From NCBI RefSeq assembly GCF_009914755.1, contig NC_060931.1: 64,000 nucleotides of DNA; one strand, 5' to 3'. Source of the stretch: the human T2T-CHM13v2.0 reference genome, Homo sapiens. A program made the position numbers and the translations under genes. The notes beneath the pieces are model-generated. The model searched no databases and was not told where the DNA came from. It saw only the letters and a list, made by a program, of their open reading frames with translations. Of the stretch, positions 43,036-58,274 are shown piece by piece (position 1 is the first letter of the stretch; each line of letters opens with the position of its first letter).

Positions 43036-44025
43036 CATCATGCCCTCACGTTTCATCCCAGGCACTTATTGAAATTTGCAGTCACTTGATTCACTTCTTA
43101 TTTTCTCCTGTACTCGTGGCCTCCCTGTGTTTTCCTCCCTAGGGGGAACGGGGCCCTGAGATACCTTAGGACTGGCTAGTGAAGGAGCTGGGACAAGGAG
43201 ATGGCAGGGTGGGGGAAAGTTTGGGGATGGGGCCAGGGAGAGTATTGTTTGGGGCCAAATGGGAAAAGTCTTCTTCTCCCAGGAGATTTGGGTCCTGCAC
43301 AGGTGACTCCGTGGTTCCCCCTTTGGGTTCTGTCCCTGGAAGTGGGTACACGCTGGTGTGATCCTCTAAGCCTGGGAAAGGGCACAGGTGACAGTGGTCA
43401 GGGCAGTGGCTTCCTGTGAGGAGGCAAGTTCAGGCTTCAGGAACAGAGAATTGGCTGATGTGGGGTGTCAGGTGGGCAGGGCAAGGCGCCAAGGAAGGAA
43501 TTCTAGCTGGGCTTGCCGCCTGCACTGGAGCCTGCTGCTCCAAGGCGCCTGACCAGGCAACGTTTAGCTGTCACCTGCTCCAAAGAAGCAGCTTGAGCTT
43601 GTACCTCTTCTCAGGCTCCGCCTCACTCCTCTCCTCTTGCTTCCTGCTCCTCCCTCCCTCCCACTAAGATTCTCTCACCAGCTCACATGCACCGCCTGCT
43701 CTTGAGCAGCTTCTTGGAAAGCCAAGTTCCAGTCTGCCTTTGGGAACCCACCACCTTTCCAGGTTCTTAGCCGCACAGAGGACTGGGAAAGAATGCTGTG
43801 ATTTAATTCAATGTGCCCTTCAGAAGCCACTGGAAACTTTAAATAGCAAGTATCATTCTTCCCCCTTCCTTCATGCATAGGAAAAAAGAGTAAAAGGAGA
43901 AAGCCCCAGATTTATAACAGATTATCCCTAATCACAGGATCATGAGGGATTTTTTTTTCTGTATATATTTTGTATTTTCTGTTTTCCCTAATGAGCATGT
44001 ATATATTTTAATTATATAAAAATAA

Positions 44026-44391
<366 letters not shown>

Positions 44392-45019
44392 CTAATATGA
44401 CCAAAGCATCTACTCCTAATTTAATGAAGGGATTTTGTTGATGGGAGAAACAAAGCTTTTCCAGAGGGTATTTGCAGCAGGAGTGAGGGGCATAAAGTCA
44501 AGGGCAAACAGACCCAAGAGGAAGCTGAGTTCACGGACAGGCGCAGGTGGCTGCTTCTCCATCCCCAGGCTGAGGGGACTGGCATGTGTCACCTCCATGG
44601 TAGGACTTGAGCAAACCCCAAAGGGTCATCCATTGGACATGAAATCCTTGTAGATAAAATATCTTTGCCTCAAAACATCCCCATGAAGTGTAGATGTCTG
44701 GATGGAGTAATCCAATGAGTTTTCTTCAGCTATTCATGTCTTAGCATCGATGAAAGTATTGATTTTTTTTCTTGAACAAGGTTCAGCCAAGGTGAGCGTG
44801 GGTGGAAGGCCACAGATATTCTTCAGAATCAGGGTTTTCTCCCAGTCACACAAGTCCAGAGGGTGCCCTGGCTGGGGCCCTTCACGTGGGCGAGCAAAAT
44901 GCTCTGTCTTCTATTTCTAATCACTCGCCATGACAATTGTGGGCAGTTTGTGTGATGCTGTGTGGCAGAAACTCTACCTCAATCGTCAAAGGGGAATGAG
45001 TTTAGGAAGACAAGAGAGG

Positions 45020-46480
45020 AAATAAAATACTTAATTTAAGAATTATAAAACATTTTCAAAAATAAAAGTAGCATAAAGAATACTTGGATATCTTTGCCTG
45101 GATTTCTACTCTGACATTTATAATACAAATGTAATATGCATGATGTAAATAATATCATGTATAATGTCATAAATGTAATGTAAATAATCAATGTACCTGC
45201 TATTATATTTTTCTCTTTGCTTTATTGTCTACTCTCTCTCTGTTTATTTTGTAAGTTACACACATTGTGGTCCTAAATACTTCAGTGTGTGCTCCTAGGA
45301 GCAGGGGGCTCTCCTACCTGGCCACAGTGCCAACGTCCATGTGTTTAAACTGAGACAAAACTGTTATCCACCGTTTCTATGCCACTTAACCCAGCAATGT
45401 CTGCTTGAACGTTTTCCTCTCCAGTAGAGTCTAAGGGCAGGGATTACATTTTTTCCTTGTCATGTCTCTTTAGCCTTGCTTAATCCAGGACATTTCTAAT
45501 CTTCCCTTCTCTTCTGTAATTTTGAAATTTTAAAATAATTTTTTTGAGATGGGGTCTTGCTCTATAGCCCAGGCTGGAGTGCAGTGGTGTACTCATGGCT
45601 CACTGCAACCTCAGTCTCTTGGGCTAAAATGATCCTGCCGCCTCAGCCTCCCAATAGCTGGGATTAACTTTGACATTCTTGAAGAACACAGATCCCAACA
45701 TTTCCTTCCCTTTTTAATAGGATATTCCTCATTTTGGCTTCATCTGATGTTTCCTTGACATAGATTGAAATTATGCATCTCTTAACCCTTACCTCTGGCC
45801 CTCAACAGTACTTAATCAATCTGTCTATTATTGTATTCCTCTGCATTCTCATTTCCCCAATGTTTTATAATTCATTACTTCACCTGATTGTTTTCATAAT
45901 CAAATCAGTGACCCAGGCGCTCACGCATCTTTGTGGCATGTTTCACCTAAGGAAGTGAAGAAGAGCGAGCGCCTCCTTACTTTCCGGCATAACAAGCTGT
46001 TCCATACCCAGCTGCTTTTCTCCAATCTGGAGGCCGCCATTTCCCCAAGTAGCCCTGGCCCCCTAAGAGACTAAACTTGAGCCCTAAGTGTGCTCCATAC
46101 TCTTGACCTTTATGTGGACAGAGCTAGAGCCTCTGATTCCATTCCACAGGCTGGGACCTTTCTTGCCTCTCCCCATTTCAAATTCGTGTGTTTCTTCTTA
46201 CACAGTGAGAACCCTGGCTCTTATCAATCCAACACGTTCATTCATTTGCTCACTCCTAAAACACATCGAATAGAGTTTCAGGCTGCTTAACTCATGCCAC
46301 TGCTGCAGCTAACAAGAGTTCAGGATGAATTTCTAAGTCCTCATTCCCCTTCCCTCTTGTCTGTGCCCCCAGACCCCATCCAGACAGGGAGACATTTAAC
46401 AACAAACTAAATAGTCACAGCAGGAAATAAGATAGAAGTGAAATATCAGCATTGTTCCACAGTTATTTCTAGTTTGATAC
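45020..46480 (-). mobile_element. Old L1MC/ME 3' fragments
   Basis: cctaaatacttcagtgtg, tgtcatgtctctttag and gccatttccccaag remnants; boundaries approximate. Confidence 0.6.
45539..45666 (-). mobile_element. AluJ/FRAM right-arm fragment
   Basis: ttttgagatggggtcttgctc...gcctcagcctcccaatagctgggatta. Confidence 0.85.
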
Positions 46481-47229
46481 CAGTTTGCAGAGAAAGTAAG
46501 CAACCAAGCTGGACAATAGCAAGGGGCCATGGAGATTGGTTTAATAACAGGCCTGCTCCCTAATGATGATGGCCAAGAGGCTTACATTGCAGCTAGGATA
46601 GGTGAGTGCCTTATGGAGAGGGCAGTCACATTTTTCTTTACAGAAAAATAACTGAGCTTTGCTCAGCAGTAAAAAACTTGGTGCTCAAGTGAACTATTTT
46701 AGTTGGATTTGTCCAGGAACACATACAAGTTACTAGTCTTCGCTCTACCAATCAAATTCACAATGAGAACAAGGTTGTGTGAAGACAATTGCTAAAGTCT
46801 ATACTGTCAACACAGACCTTGTTTCCTTTTTATCACTACCTGTGCACAACTGTCAAGTTTATGAGACGACTTGAGGTTTGCTGTTGTCTCAATGTGTCCA
46901 GCCTCACCCGTCCCTCTGTGGCTCTATCAAACATTCAAAAACACTGCTAGATTCCGTTGGAACAGCACAGTCAAAAGTACTTTGGGAATCTCTCAGAGTT
47001 GTCAACTACGCAGTCATTTCCTACCGAGAACAAAGCTTGCATGCACACATTCATGAACCTGGTTTTTCTCATCAGGCCAGTTTTCCATGGTGAGGTCCTG
47101 CATTTTAGTTGAGAGGTGGCCTCTTGTCCCTATGTAAGGAGTACAGTGGGTTGCAGTGGGATGCCTGAGAGATTTCTCTAGCAGAAAGCTTTGGGACCCA
47201 CTGCCCAGGTCTTGCTCCCGCCTGCAGCT

Positions 47230-47800
47230 CTCTACGTACTTGTTCATTCAAGACACATCCAATTAGGATCTGCAAGGACCGGGCCACCTGCCAGGTGCTG
47301 AGGCGCAGGGGTTGAGCACTGAGGGTAGGATGGCACGGTGGGGAGCACTGCCATCCACTGGGGCTGAGCCTGGGAGGGGAAGGCACTCTGGTTGGAGTCA
47401 TGTGTAAACCATGTCAGCAGGATTACATGGAGGACACTCAGTCGAGGAGCAGGAAAGTTGCACCCCAGGGAGGGCAGGAACTGGAGGGCAGCCATGTAGG
47501 GCAGTGGGGTGAGGTCCTGCAATCCGGAAGGAGAGGTATGAGATGAGGTGAGGGGCCAGGCGAGGTGCCTAGTGGGCAGAACCACAGCAAAGTGTTTCTA
47601 GTATATTCTTCCTTATCCTAGCGTCAAGGGGAAACTGTTGAGAGATTGTAAGCAGGGAACTGTGGTGATCTCTCAGTTGCTGCGTGGACAGCAGGTTGAT
47701 GTGGGTGGAGTATGGCAGGGAATGGAAACAGGAAGATTGGGTGGGGACCATGACAGTTCTCTGCGTTCTGATGATGGTTTGGACAAAAGTGGTGGCAGAG
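47230..47800 (-). mobile_element. L2 fragment
   Basis: ttgttcattcaa...cacctgccaggtgctg...gagattgtaagcaggg...tggtttggacaaaagtggtggcag. Confidence 0.6.
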
Positions 47801-48309
47801 GAAGTGGGAGAAACCACTGTACTCTTTCCTCTGCAAATAGGGACACAATACTTATTTACACAATAGATTGAAAATGTGAAGTGTGTCTAATGATTCATTG
47901 CAGCATCTCACATTAAGGTGATCTTGCTGTGAATGCTGAGAAGTTAAAGAAATACAGGATTTTAGTCAGGAAAAAATAACCAAGATTTCCATCTCTGGTA
48001 GTTAACCTTGGAACATTTTAGTGTATTATTTTTCAGATTTTATTCTGAAATGATGAACTACAATGCATTTGTGCTATATAAACAAGTGGATTCTACTGTG
48101 TTTATATTTTGCATAGTAGTTTTATCATGGAAAAATTTTCCATGTCTTCACAATGAGAATTGTTAATGGCTACAGACTAAGCATTAAAGTGAGGTACTTC
48201 AGTTTCATAGTTGTTTCTTTGTTGTTGGATGGTTAGGCAATTTCTACAATTTTACATCTCTAAATCACACTGTAATGAACATCTCTGTCCGTAAGTTTTT
48301 TTCTTGGAG

Positions 48310-49600
48310 CCTCTCAGGCTCTTGCAGCCCAATGTTGGCTGTGGATGCTGGCTTCTGAAGGCCTGACTGGCGGGGATGTCTGCCATGGCTCACGGTTTTT
48401 GATCTCTGTTAGCTCAGAAGTCAGCAGGGACGGCTGTCCATGGCCCCTGCATGTTACCTCTTCAGTGGGATGCTGTTGCCATGGTTGAACTTCTCATGTG
48501 GTGGCTGACTTTCCTCAGAGAGAAGGTCCCCCAAAATTGGGTGGTAGCTTTAAAGTTCTTTATGTCTTAGCCTCTGAAGTCACACGGCACATCCACCCTA
48601 TTCTATTTGATGGATCAACCACAAACCCACCGAGGTTCAAGGGGAGAGGATGTAGGTCCTACCTCTTTATGTTGGAGGATCATAACCTTAAGCAGACATG
48701 TTTTCAAACTGCCTTCTGGCCTTCTGTGCCCTCTGACTAAAAATTATTTATACTCCAACCATATGAAAAATACACCTACCCTTTCCAAAAGCTCCTCAAT
48801 GTCTTGTTCCATTACAGCAACAGGCCCAGCTTCAAGGTCCAAAAGCTCATCATCTAAGTTAGGTTCAGGTTTGTTGGAGGCACCTTGCATGAAATACCTT
48901 GAGTGCTGTCCTTTCTGGTCTGATGCCCCAGGAAATCTAAAGACACAGGTCATCTGAATCCCATTTAACCAACATGTAATTGTGGGACAGGTGTAGGATA
49001 ACTCCTTGTAGTGGGTCAAATGGTCACCGCCCTCCAACACACTCTGCCAAAAAAGATATGTCCAAGTCCTAACCCGGGAATCTGTGAATACAATCTTACT
49101 TGGAAAAAAAAGTCTTTGCAGATGTAAGTTAAAGATCTTGAGATGAGATCATCCTGGATTTAGGGATGTTCCTAAATCCAATTATAAGTATCCTTATAAG
49201 AGGAAGAAAGAGGAAGATTTGGGATCCAGAGACCCAGAGAAGAAGGCCATATAATGAGGGAGGTAGAGATTAACGTCATCCATCTCTAAGCCAAGGAACA
49301 TATGGTGCCACAAGAAGACAGAAGAGACAAAGAAGGGTTCTCTTCTAGCACCTTCAGAGAGAGTCCATCCCTCCCAACACATTGATTTTATACTTCTGGT
49401 CTCCCAAACTGTGAGAAAATGAATTTCCATTGTTTTAAGCCACCATGTGTGTGGTAATTTGTTACAGCAGCCTAGGAGACTAATGGACTGCAATTAAGAG
49501 TCCTGTTCCACTGCGGGTTATGGGGGAGGAAAACACACACTGTCACTGGCCCACAGCAATTCTGAAATCCAGCCGGACACAGATTGCCAGTTCATTAAAT
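48310..49600 (-). mobile_element. Old MLT1 LTR plus adjoining internal sequence, interrupted by MLT1C
   Basis: MLT1-like LTR (tagcctctgaagtcacac...ggttcaaggggagagg) followed by MaLR-int-like gtccaaaagctcatcatctaag...ggcccacagcaattctgaaatccagc. Confidence 0.55.
49006..49488 (+). mobile_element. MLT1C-like solo LTR
   Basis: tgtagtgggtcaaatgg...gtctttgcagatgtaagttaaagatcttgagatgagatcatcctggatt...ttttaagccacc...gtaatttgttacagcagcc. Confidence 0.85.
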
Positions 49601-49764
49601 ACATCATGAAAGACTTTTTTTATTTTTAAAAATTATGGTAAAATAAACATAACGTACAATTTACTGTTTTAACTATAAGTGTATGGTGCAGTGGAATTAA
49701 ATACATTCATCTTGTTGTACGATTATTACCACCATCCATCTCCAGAACTTTTTTTATCTTCTCA

Positions 49765-50626
<862 letters not shown>

Positions 50627-51106
50627 ATGTATTTAATTACTATAGAATACTTCCCATGTGGGGAATCATTCAGTATTTGTGACTGGCTTCTTTCATTTAA
50701 CACAATGTCTTCAAGGTTTATCCATGTTGTAGAATGTGGCAGAATTTCTTTCCTTTCTAAGGTTGAACAATATTACATGATATGTTTATACCACATTTTG
50801 TTTATCCACTCATTCACAGATGGACACTTGAATTGCTTCCACTTTTTGGCTATTGTGAATAATGTTGCTATGAACATGGGTGTACAAATATCTGTTCAAG
50901 ATTCTGTTTTCAGTTCCTTTGGAGATATACCCAGAAGTGAAATGGCTGGATCATATGGTAATTCTATTTTTAATTTTTTAAGGAACTATCATGCTGTTTT
51001 CCATAGTGGCTGTTTTCCATAGTGGCTGTGCCATTTTACATTCACTCTAGCAGTGCAGAAGAATTCCGATTTCTTCCTATGAAAGCCTTTTTTAAAAGTA
51101 CAAACA

Positions 51107-51383
51107 GGCTGGGCACAGTGGCTCACACCTGTAACCCCAGTACTTTGAGAGGTGGAGGCAGGTGGATTGCTTAAGTCTAGGAGTTCAAGACCAGCCTGAG
51201 CAACATGGAGAAACTCCGTCTCTGCAAAAAGATTAAAAAAATTAGCTGGACTCAGGAGGCTGAGGCAGGATTATAGCTTGAGCCTGGGAGACAGAGATTG
51301 CAGTGAGCCATGATCATGCCACTGCCCTCCAGCCTGAGCAAGAGCGTGTGAGACCCTGTCTCAAAAAAAATAAAAATAAAAAA
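51107..51383 (+). mobile_element. AluJ with an internal deletion of about 30 bp
   Basis: aaattagctgg joins directly to actcaggagg; TSD aaaagtacaaa. Confidence 0.9.
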
Positions 51384-52008
51384 GTACAAATAATTATCTC
51401 CATATTTTTCCAATAAGATGGTTTTCTTCTACTTTCTTTTTCAACAGTAGGCCCATAAAATATATATTTCATTAATATTTGTCCTGCTTTGCCATCCTAA
51501 TATATCAATTTCCCTACTATATCCAGTTAAAAAAAAATCAAATGATTCCTTTAGATCATGTTAACAAAAGTTGCAACAAAGTTGATGAAGACAAGTCATG
51601 CTGTGATGTGTGTACATGCTGGATATTCTAGCTCACTCATCTATAAGCTGTTCTATCAGAAATACATGAGATGTCATGTGTGATAGTCTCCAACACACTG
51701 TGCCTGACCACAGAAAACTCTCTAAATGTTACTCCTTCCCTCTCAGAACCCTGAACCAAAGTTAAATGATTAGTAACACATGTCATGTATCATCTTGTCA
51801 TTGACTTTCAAAACTTTTATGAGCTAAACAATATCATTTTAAACAAATTGAAGATTGAAAATGGATATCAATACATAAACAGAGGAAAGAGAGGCTGCTC
51901 TGATTCCCCAAGGGTAAAGTAAGTTGGAGTGGGAGATACCACCCCCAACTCCTTCTTTTACTTGAGGAATCTCTTCAGAACATAGTTTTCAAAGTAATAC
52001 CCTCAAAC

Positions 52009-52222
52009 CAGGGTTGGCAAATTATGGCCTGTGAGCCAAACCCAGTCCACTGCCTGCATTTGTCAATAAAGTTTTATGGGAGCTCAGCTGTGCCCATATG
52101 TTTACATATTGTCTGTGGCTTTCTTGGTACAATGGCAGCATTGAGTCATCACAACAGACCATATGGCCCACAAAACTAAAATAGTTACTATTTGGCGCTT
52201 TACAGAAAAAGCTTGCCAACTG
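52009..52222 (+). mobile_element. MER58A
   Basis: cagggttggcaaattatggcc...aataaagttttat...tttacagaaaaagcttgccaac. Confidence 0.85.
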
Positions 52223-52574
52223 TTTTTCTAATTATTGAGCTCAATGAACAGAGAAACTCGTGAGTAACCATGATAATCAGGGCTCAACTGCAGCCTGTCC
52301 AGGGATGTGGTTCACTAAATGACCAGCTGGGGCACTTGAAGGCTTCTGTGGTGAAAGCATAGAGCAAGATAGAGGATAAAGCAGGGTATTAGCAGTCTGA
52401 CCAGGACCATTTGAAGTAGGAGGCTTGTGGTTTCCTAGAGGAAAAAAGAGTGCTGTTAGCAGAAAGAGGAAAAGATATAAGGCAAGGAAGAACGAAAGAA
52501 CATTGCAATATCTGTTTTTAAACCATAGAAAACTAAATGAAAGAATAATCAAACAAAAATGGGATACAAATATA

Positions 52575-53052
52575 TTCTTTTTTTTCAGCTTTTATTTTAG
52601 ATTCAGAGGGTGCATGCACAGGTTTGTTACGAGAGCATATTGCATGATGTTGAGGTTTGTGGTGTGATAGAACCCATCACCCAGTTAGTGAGCATAGTAC
52701 CCGATAGGTAGTTTTTCAACCCTTGCCCCCTTCTCTACCTCCCTGCTCTAATAGTCCCCAATGTCTGTTGTTCCCATCTTAATGTCTATGAGTACCCAAT
52801 ATTTAGCTCCCACTCGTGAGAACATGTGGTATCTGTTTCTGCATTAATTTGCTTAGGATAGTGGGCTCCAGTTGTATCTATGTTGCTGCAAAGGACAGGA
52901 CTTTGTTCTTTTTTATGGCTGCATGGTATTCCACGGTGTATATGCACCACATTGTCTTTATCCAATCCACTGTTGATGGGCACCTAGGCTGATTCCATGT
53001 CTTTGCTATTGTGAATAGTGCTGTGATGAACTTACAAGTACATGTGTCTTTA
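52575..53052 (-). mobile_element. L1PA (older, about PA13-16) 3' end
   Basis: cttttattttagattcagagggtgcatgcacaggtttgttac... antisense 3' UTR. Confidence 0.88.
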
Positions 53053-56000
53053 ATTCTTAATAGAAATGTATATTAGCAATACAGCTAAGTCTTTAAATTG
53101 CAAGCAAATGGAATGGATATGTGCCTTGACATTGGCAAACACACAGAGAAGTTTTCAGTTTTCAATTGCCTGGGCTTTCAGACTTAATAGTTTTATCTAT
53201 GATAAATACTATCATCCCACGGCATTCCTTAAGCTACCTAAAAGCATGTGGAAAATCAAAGGGCTCCCATGCTTGTTCTTAGCACTCCAACAAGACACAG
53301 AAGAAAATACTATAATTTAAAGATAACATTAAAAATCTGAAACCCATTTCCACTTTGTCTTGAAATCAGTAACTTTGACCAGTATATGATAAATATTATT
53401 TGACTAAAATTTCTGCACACTTCCAGTTAAAAAATAAATAAATAACAAGGGTCTGTCCACCTCCACAACTGCTGTTTGTGTTCGCTGATGCTGATGAGGC
53501 TTTTTGAAGTCTTTTGGTTCAAAACCCTGCTGAGATCAAAGAGCTTTCAAAAGGAATCCAGGCACAACAGTGACACTTGCATACATACTCACCCTTGCTC
53601 TTTGCACATTATAATAATCCAGGTACTCTGTACTTTATTCCAGTATCCCACAGAGTAATAAACATGTTCTTTGGACAGAAAGAGAAATTCAAAAAGCAGT
53701 GGATTGTGATATTACTCCTTGATTATGTTCATATTTTCTTCAGTACTATGTAATTAGTAGTCGCAAAGGCTGATCCAAATAGGGATTAGAAAGGGAATTA
53801 AATGTTACGCAGCTGACAGAATGAATTACTCATTTCTCCTACTGTACGTATGTTTAAATATTTATGGGATTTTACCTACAGGATTGTTTTGGTGGCCCAT
53901 TGCCATAATGAAATACAGCATTCTGTTTAATTACAGTGTAGCCAGGTTTTAAGGAAAATTCAGCCAAGTTGGGTTTTTTTGAAATGGATTGCTTTCAGTG
54001 GGTTGACTGGTGACTAAAATCTCCTCTATGGCTGTGGTTGGTGCTGCTGAAATGTCCCATTCACATGGGTCCCTCATGAGCCAGAAGTTCTGATTTGGTG
54101 AATTGGCCACATACAATTAGTGTCACCAGTGCCCCATGTTCAACCCACTCATTGTCAGATGTAACGTAAGGTAAAAGTCAAGGGCGGGAAAGACTTAGGA
54201 GTGTGGATGAGTCTGTGTCCAGAATCAAATCCTATGTCGCCTCCTGGAATTTGTAGGAGCACAACCACAGGGCTCTCCTCACATTGACCTTTCCATGACC
54301 AAGAAAGAGCTCCTGGCATCAAGCACACATTCTGCCAGGCTGTGTGTTGTCAACAGATATCACTATTCTGTTGAAGACCTAAAACTGTAGCAGATGTGAT
54401 TGCCATTTTTAGCTATTGTTAATTCGTTCAAACAAATTTACTGGGGAAACATTTTTCTCAGATAGATAGAATTGTAAAATAATATATGAGGTTTCCTAAT
54501 TTTTCCTTTTCACTTAATATTTTTAAATACCTTTCCATTTAAATAATCATTTCAACAACACCATTTTCAATGGCTACAGAGTTCTCTTTTGTATAACTAA
54601 ACCATAATTTATTATACCAATTCCCTATGATTGAACATTTCTTTGTATGTACATCTTCATGCTCTTTTCTCTTCACTTGTGCTAAATTTTGAAAATAAAC
54701 ACTAAATCAAAAATACACCCTTTTTAGGGCTGAACAATATTTTCAAATTGTGTGACAGAAGCATTGTTATAATTTATATTTTCACCAGTAGCTACATGAG
54801 ACAGTACTCATCTCCCAACACCTTCAACAATATAATTTTTTGCCTCAAGTAACTTTGAAGGTGATTCTATTCCCTCACTGTTGTTTTAATTTGCACTTTC
54901 TGTAAACCCTAGAAAACTGATTTTTCACTATTAAAACTTGCAGTCGTAGGCCATATAGATTTCCTCAACAGCTTACAAGGTTGTGTCGGCTTTGATCTGC
55001 TTTCCCTAATTCTCCTGCGTCCTCTCAGTGTGCAACTTCAATGTTCAGGCACCTTCAGCTACGCCCGCATTCCTGACCCAACTCTGAGACCTGAGCATGG
55101 TGTTGACTTCATGGTGGGGATCCATACTGGGGCCAGGCTTTCAGGCTTGTGTTTGCTCCGGCTTTCCCCTGCTCTGGCCTCTGCATCTCCCCACACGCTG
55201 CCTCCCTCTCTGCTACCCTACCCAGGAGAGCGTCCCCATGAGGGCACCATCACCCCTGTCTTCACAGCTGTGGAGTCCAAACACTCACTGTAAAGTGTCG
55301 CCATCCTCTGCCTGTTTGACAGTATGACTTTAAGGTCCAACCAATAGCCCCATTGCTCTGCAGATTTTCTATGAACTTAAATCTTAAAGTTACTGAATTC
55401 TGAAAGTGACATTCCCCTGTTCCATCCCAGGCATTTGAACTCGGCCCAGACCTCTCTTCTAGTGATTCTTGGGACTTTTCGGTGTTCAGCTTCAATAAGA
55501 GAGGATACAATTTAGGGGGGGGCAGGTGCAAATGTACGTTCTGTCTTCACCATTTACTTTCCCCCCGCCTCAGTTTCCTCATCTGTAAAAGACGGGCAGG
55601 TAAGAATGCTCGCCACTCTGCGTTTTTGTGGGCATGAAATGCTGGGACTTCATGACTGCATCCCGTGGAGTGTGTAATGTTTTCAGCAACAGTAGCAGGG
55701 GATCAGAGAGGTCACCTGCTGGTCTACCACCTTCTTTGTCCTGTTTTTATAGCAAATTGATCTCTGAACAGTCCTGGAATCTATTTTCTCCCCAGGAGTA
55801 GAGGATGGACTGAATTTCTGAATGTGTTGTTCCTGCTCCCTCTCCTCTTCCCCAAAGCTGTTACCTGAACCAGGAACTCCTGCAGGGGTCACAGCCTCTG
55901 GAGTTGCCAGAGCAACACCCTGGGGACATGGTACATCTGCCTCACAGAGCATGAGGAGTGGTGGGAAGGGTGTGCCTCCCCAAGCCCAGCTCATAGGATG

Positions 56001-56218
56001 TGGCCTGTGGTGAGGACGGGACTTCCATTCCCATGGCACAATGCCTGTCCCCTCCAAAGGCATCCTGCTCTGTCACAGCCTGCCATCCACAAGCAGTAGG
56101 TAATAATGCAGAGACCAGAAAATAGGGAGCCTGCCCTTGCTTCTGCTGCCCCCAGTGTGGAGATGCTGAATAACAAAGACCCCGTGCAGGGACTGTGCTG
56201 GTGGATGGGTAGCTGTCA

Positions 56219-56609
<391 letters not shown>

Positions 56610-56723
56610 TCAGACTCAAACCTGACCTGGAATGGTACCATTGGCTCTTCTGGGTCTGTACTTCTTATTTCTGCAATAACATGAACATATTCCTTATAAT
56701 AAACCTCTTTATGTTGATATCCG

Positions 56724-56734
<11 letters not shown>

Positions 56735-56775
<41 letters not shown>
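56735..56775. repeat. (CA)n microsatellite
   Basis: Seen directly. Confidence 0.95.
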
Positions 56776-56783
<8 letters not shown>

Positions 56784-57191
56784 TACATGTCCTATTGGCT
56801 CTGTTTTTCTGGGGAACCCTAACTAATATTAATACTTTTCTCCTTAGTAATGGAAGATCTAGGTGACCGCGTGAAAGCCATTTGTCCTCTCTAGTTTCCT
56901 CTTTTGTACAACAGGAGTAATAATATTGATCTCACATGTGAAAGTATTAAAGGATTAAGGGGCCACTTAGCACTTTGTGTTGGGTTCATGGTAAGAGTTC
57001 AATAGACTGTGGCTTTGGGGAGGAGGTGTACAAGGCACATTAAAATGTGTATTGCATTCCCAAAGACATTTTGATTCTTACTCTGGGAAATCTTCTGGAT
57101 CCCTCTTATAAACACTGACCGAACTGCATCGCTGAATCTCTAACACACAGATCTTTTCTGCCTTCAAATATTGTTTTTCTTTTTATTAGAC

Positions 57192-57386
57192 CAGTGTTTT
57201 TCAAAGTTGTGTCCCCACACAAATGCACTAGAATTACCTGTCAATTTACATGCAGAAGAAATATGCACATTCTTGAATCCCACCCAGACCCACTGAATCA
57301 GAATACCTTGGCAAAGAGCCAAGGAATTTGCATTTTTAACAAGCTCCCCGGGTGATGCTAATGCAATTAAAATTTGAGAGCCTCTG
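57192..57386. mobile_element. MER5A/B
   Basis: cagtgtttttcaaag...cccagacccactgaatcagaat...gcatttttaacaagctccccgggtgat. Confidence 0.75.
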
Positions 57387-58274
57387 CCTTATGCCCTGCT
57401 GAGTCCCCTTACTCCACACAGACATAATTAAGCCTCTTAATTACACTTTTTGCCATGAATTAATAGAGTCTTAATTATCTGAGAACACTGATTGACAATA
57501 AGAGGCATGAGATAGTTTGGTTTTTATTAAAAATGAAGGCAAGATTTGAACATCGCTGATGGTAGCCATCTCCTGGTGTAACTGGAGGTTTCTTTTTGAC
57601 AATACTGTGGCCATTCTGAACAACCCTCTCTATTCTATGGTGGCATTAGTGTTAGTGTAATGGGGTTCACGGTGATGATTCTGCATACCCCAAGTGACTT
57701 CATAAGCAGATCCTTGTTAAATTCGCAGATTTTCCCAAATGAAAAGGGTCAACTTATCCCTGAAATGATATCCATTTAGGTACCTACAGAGGTAACCCTA
57801 GAATCCTGTTGTCTTCTCACCTTCCTACCCATAGGCTAGTATGACCACTAAATCTATAGGAACCATCCCGCCACCAGAGTAAGGCTAATGCTACCATCAT
57901 TCATTTATAGCTCACAGTTGTGGGCAATTGTTATCATCTTCATTTTACTGGTGTGGAAATGGAGATGCAGAGGGGGTGAGTTGACCTTTTGACAGTGTCA
58001 ACACTGACATCCAGATTTTTAATTCCGACTGCAGGGCCAACTGGGCCTCTACTGTTCCTCCTTCATCTTCATTATTGTCAAGTGTCTGCTCATATTCATT
58101 CCAGTCTTTGAGGCCTGGCTGAGCAAGGGGCATGAAGGCAGAAAACTGGGCTCCTTGGGTCCTGCTCTGAAAAGTCCTGATGCAGGAGCTGGTCTTCTCC
58201 AGAAGAGAAATAACTAGTTGTTTATGCAGACTTGCCACCACCAGCCAGTCCCTACTTAACTATCCCATCATTAT

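Noticed and set aside
49156-49180. Hairpin ggatttagg...cctaaatcc
   Set aside because: Intrinsic feature of MLT1 LTRs.
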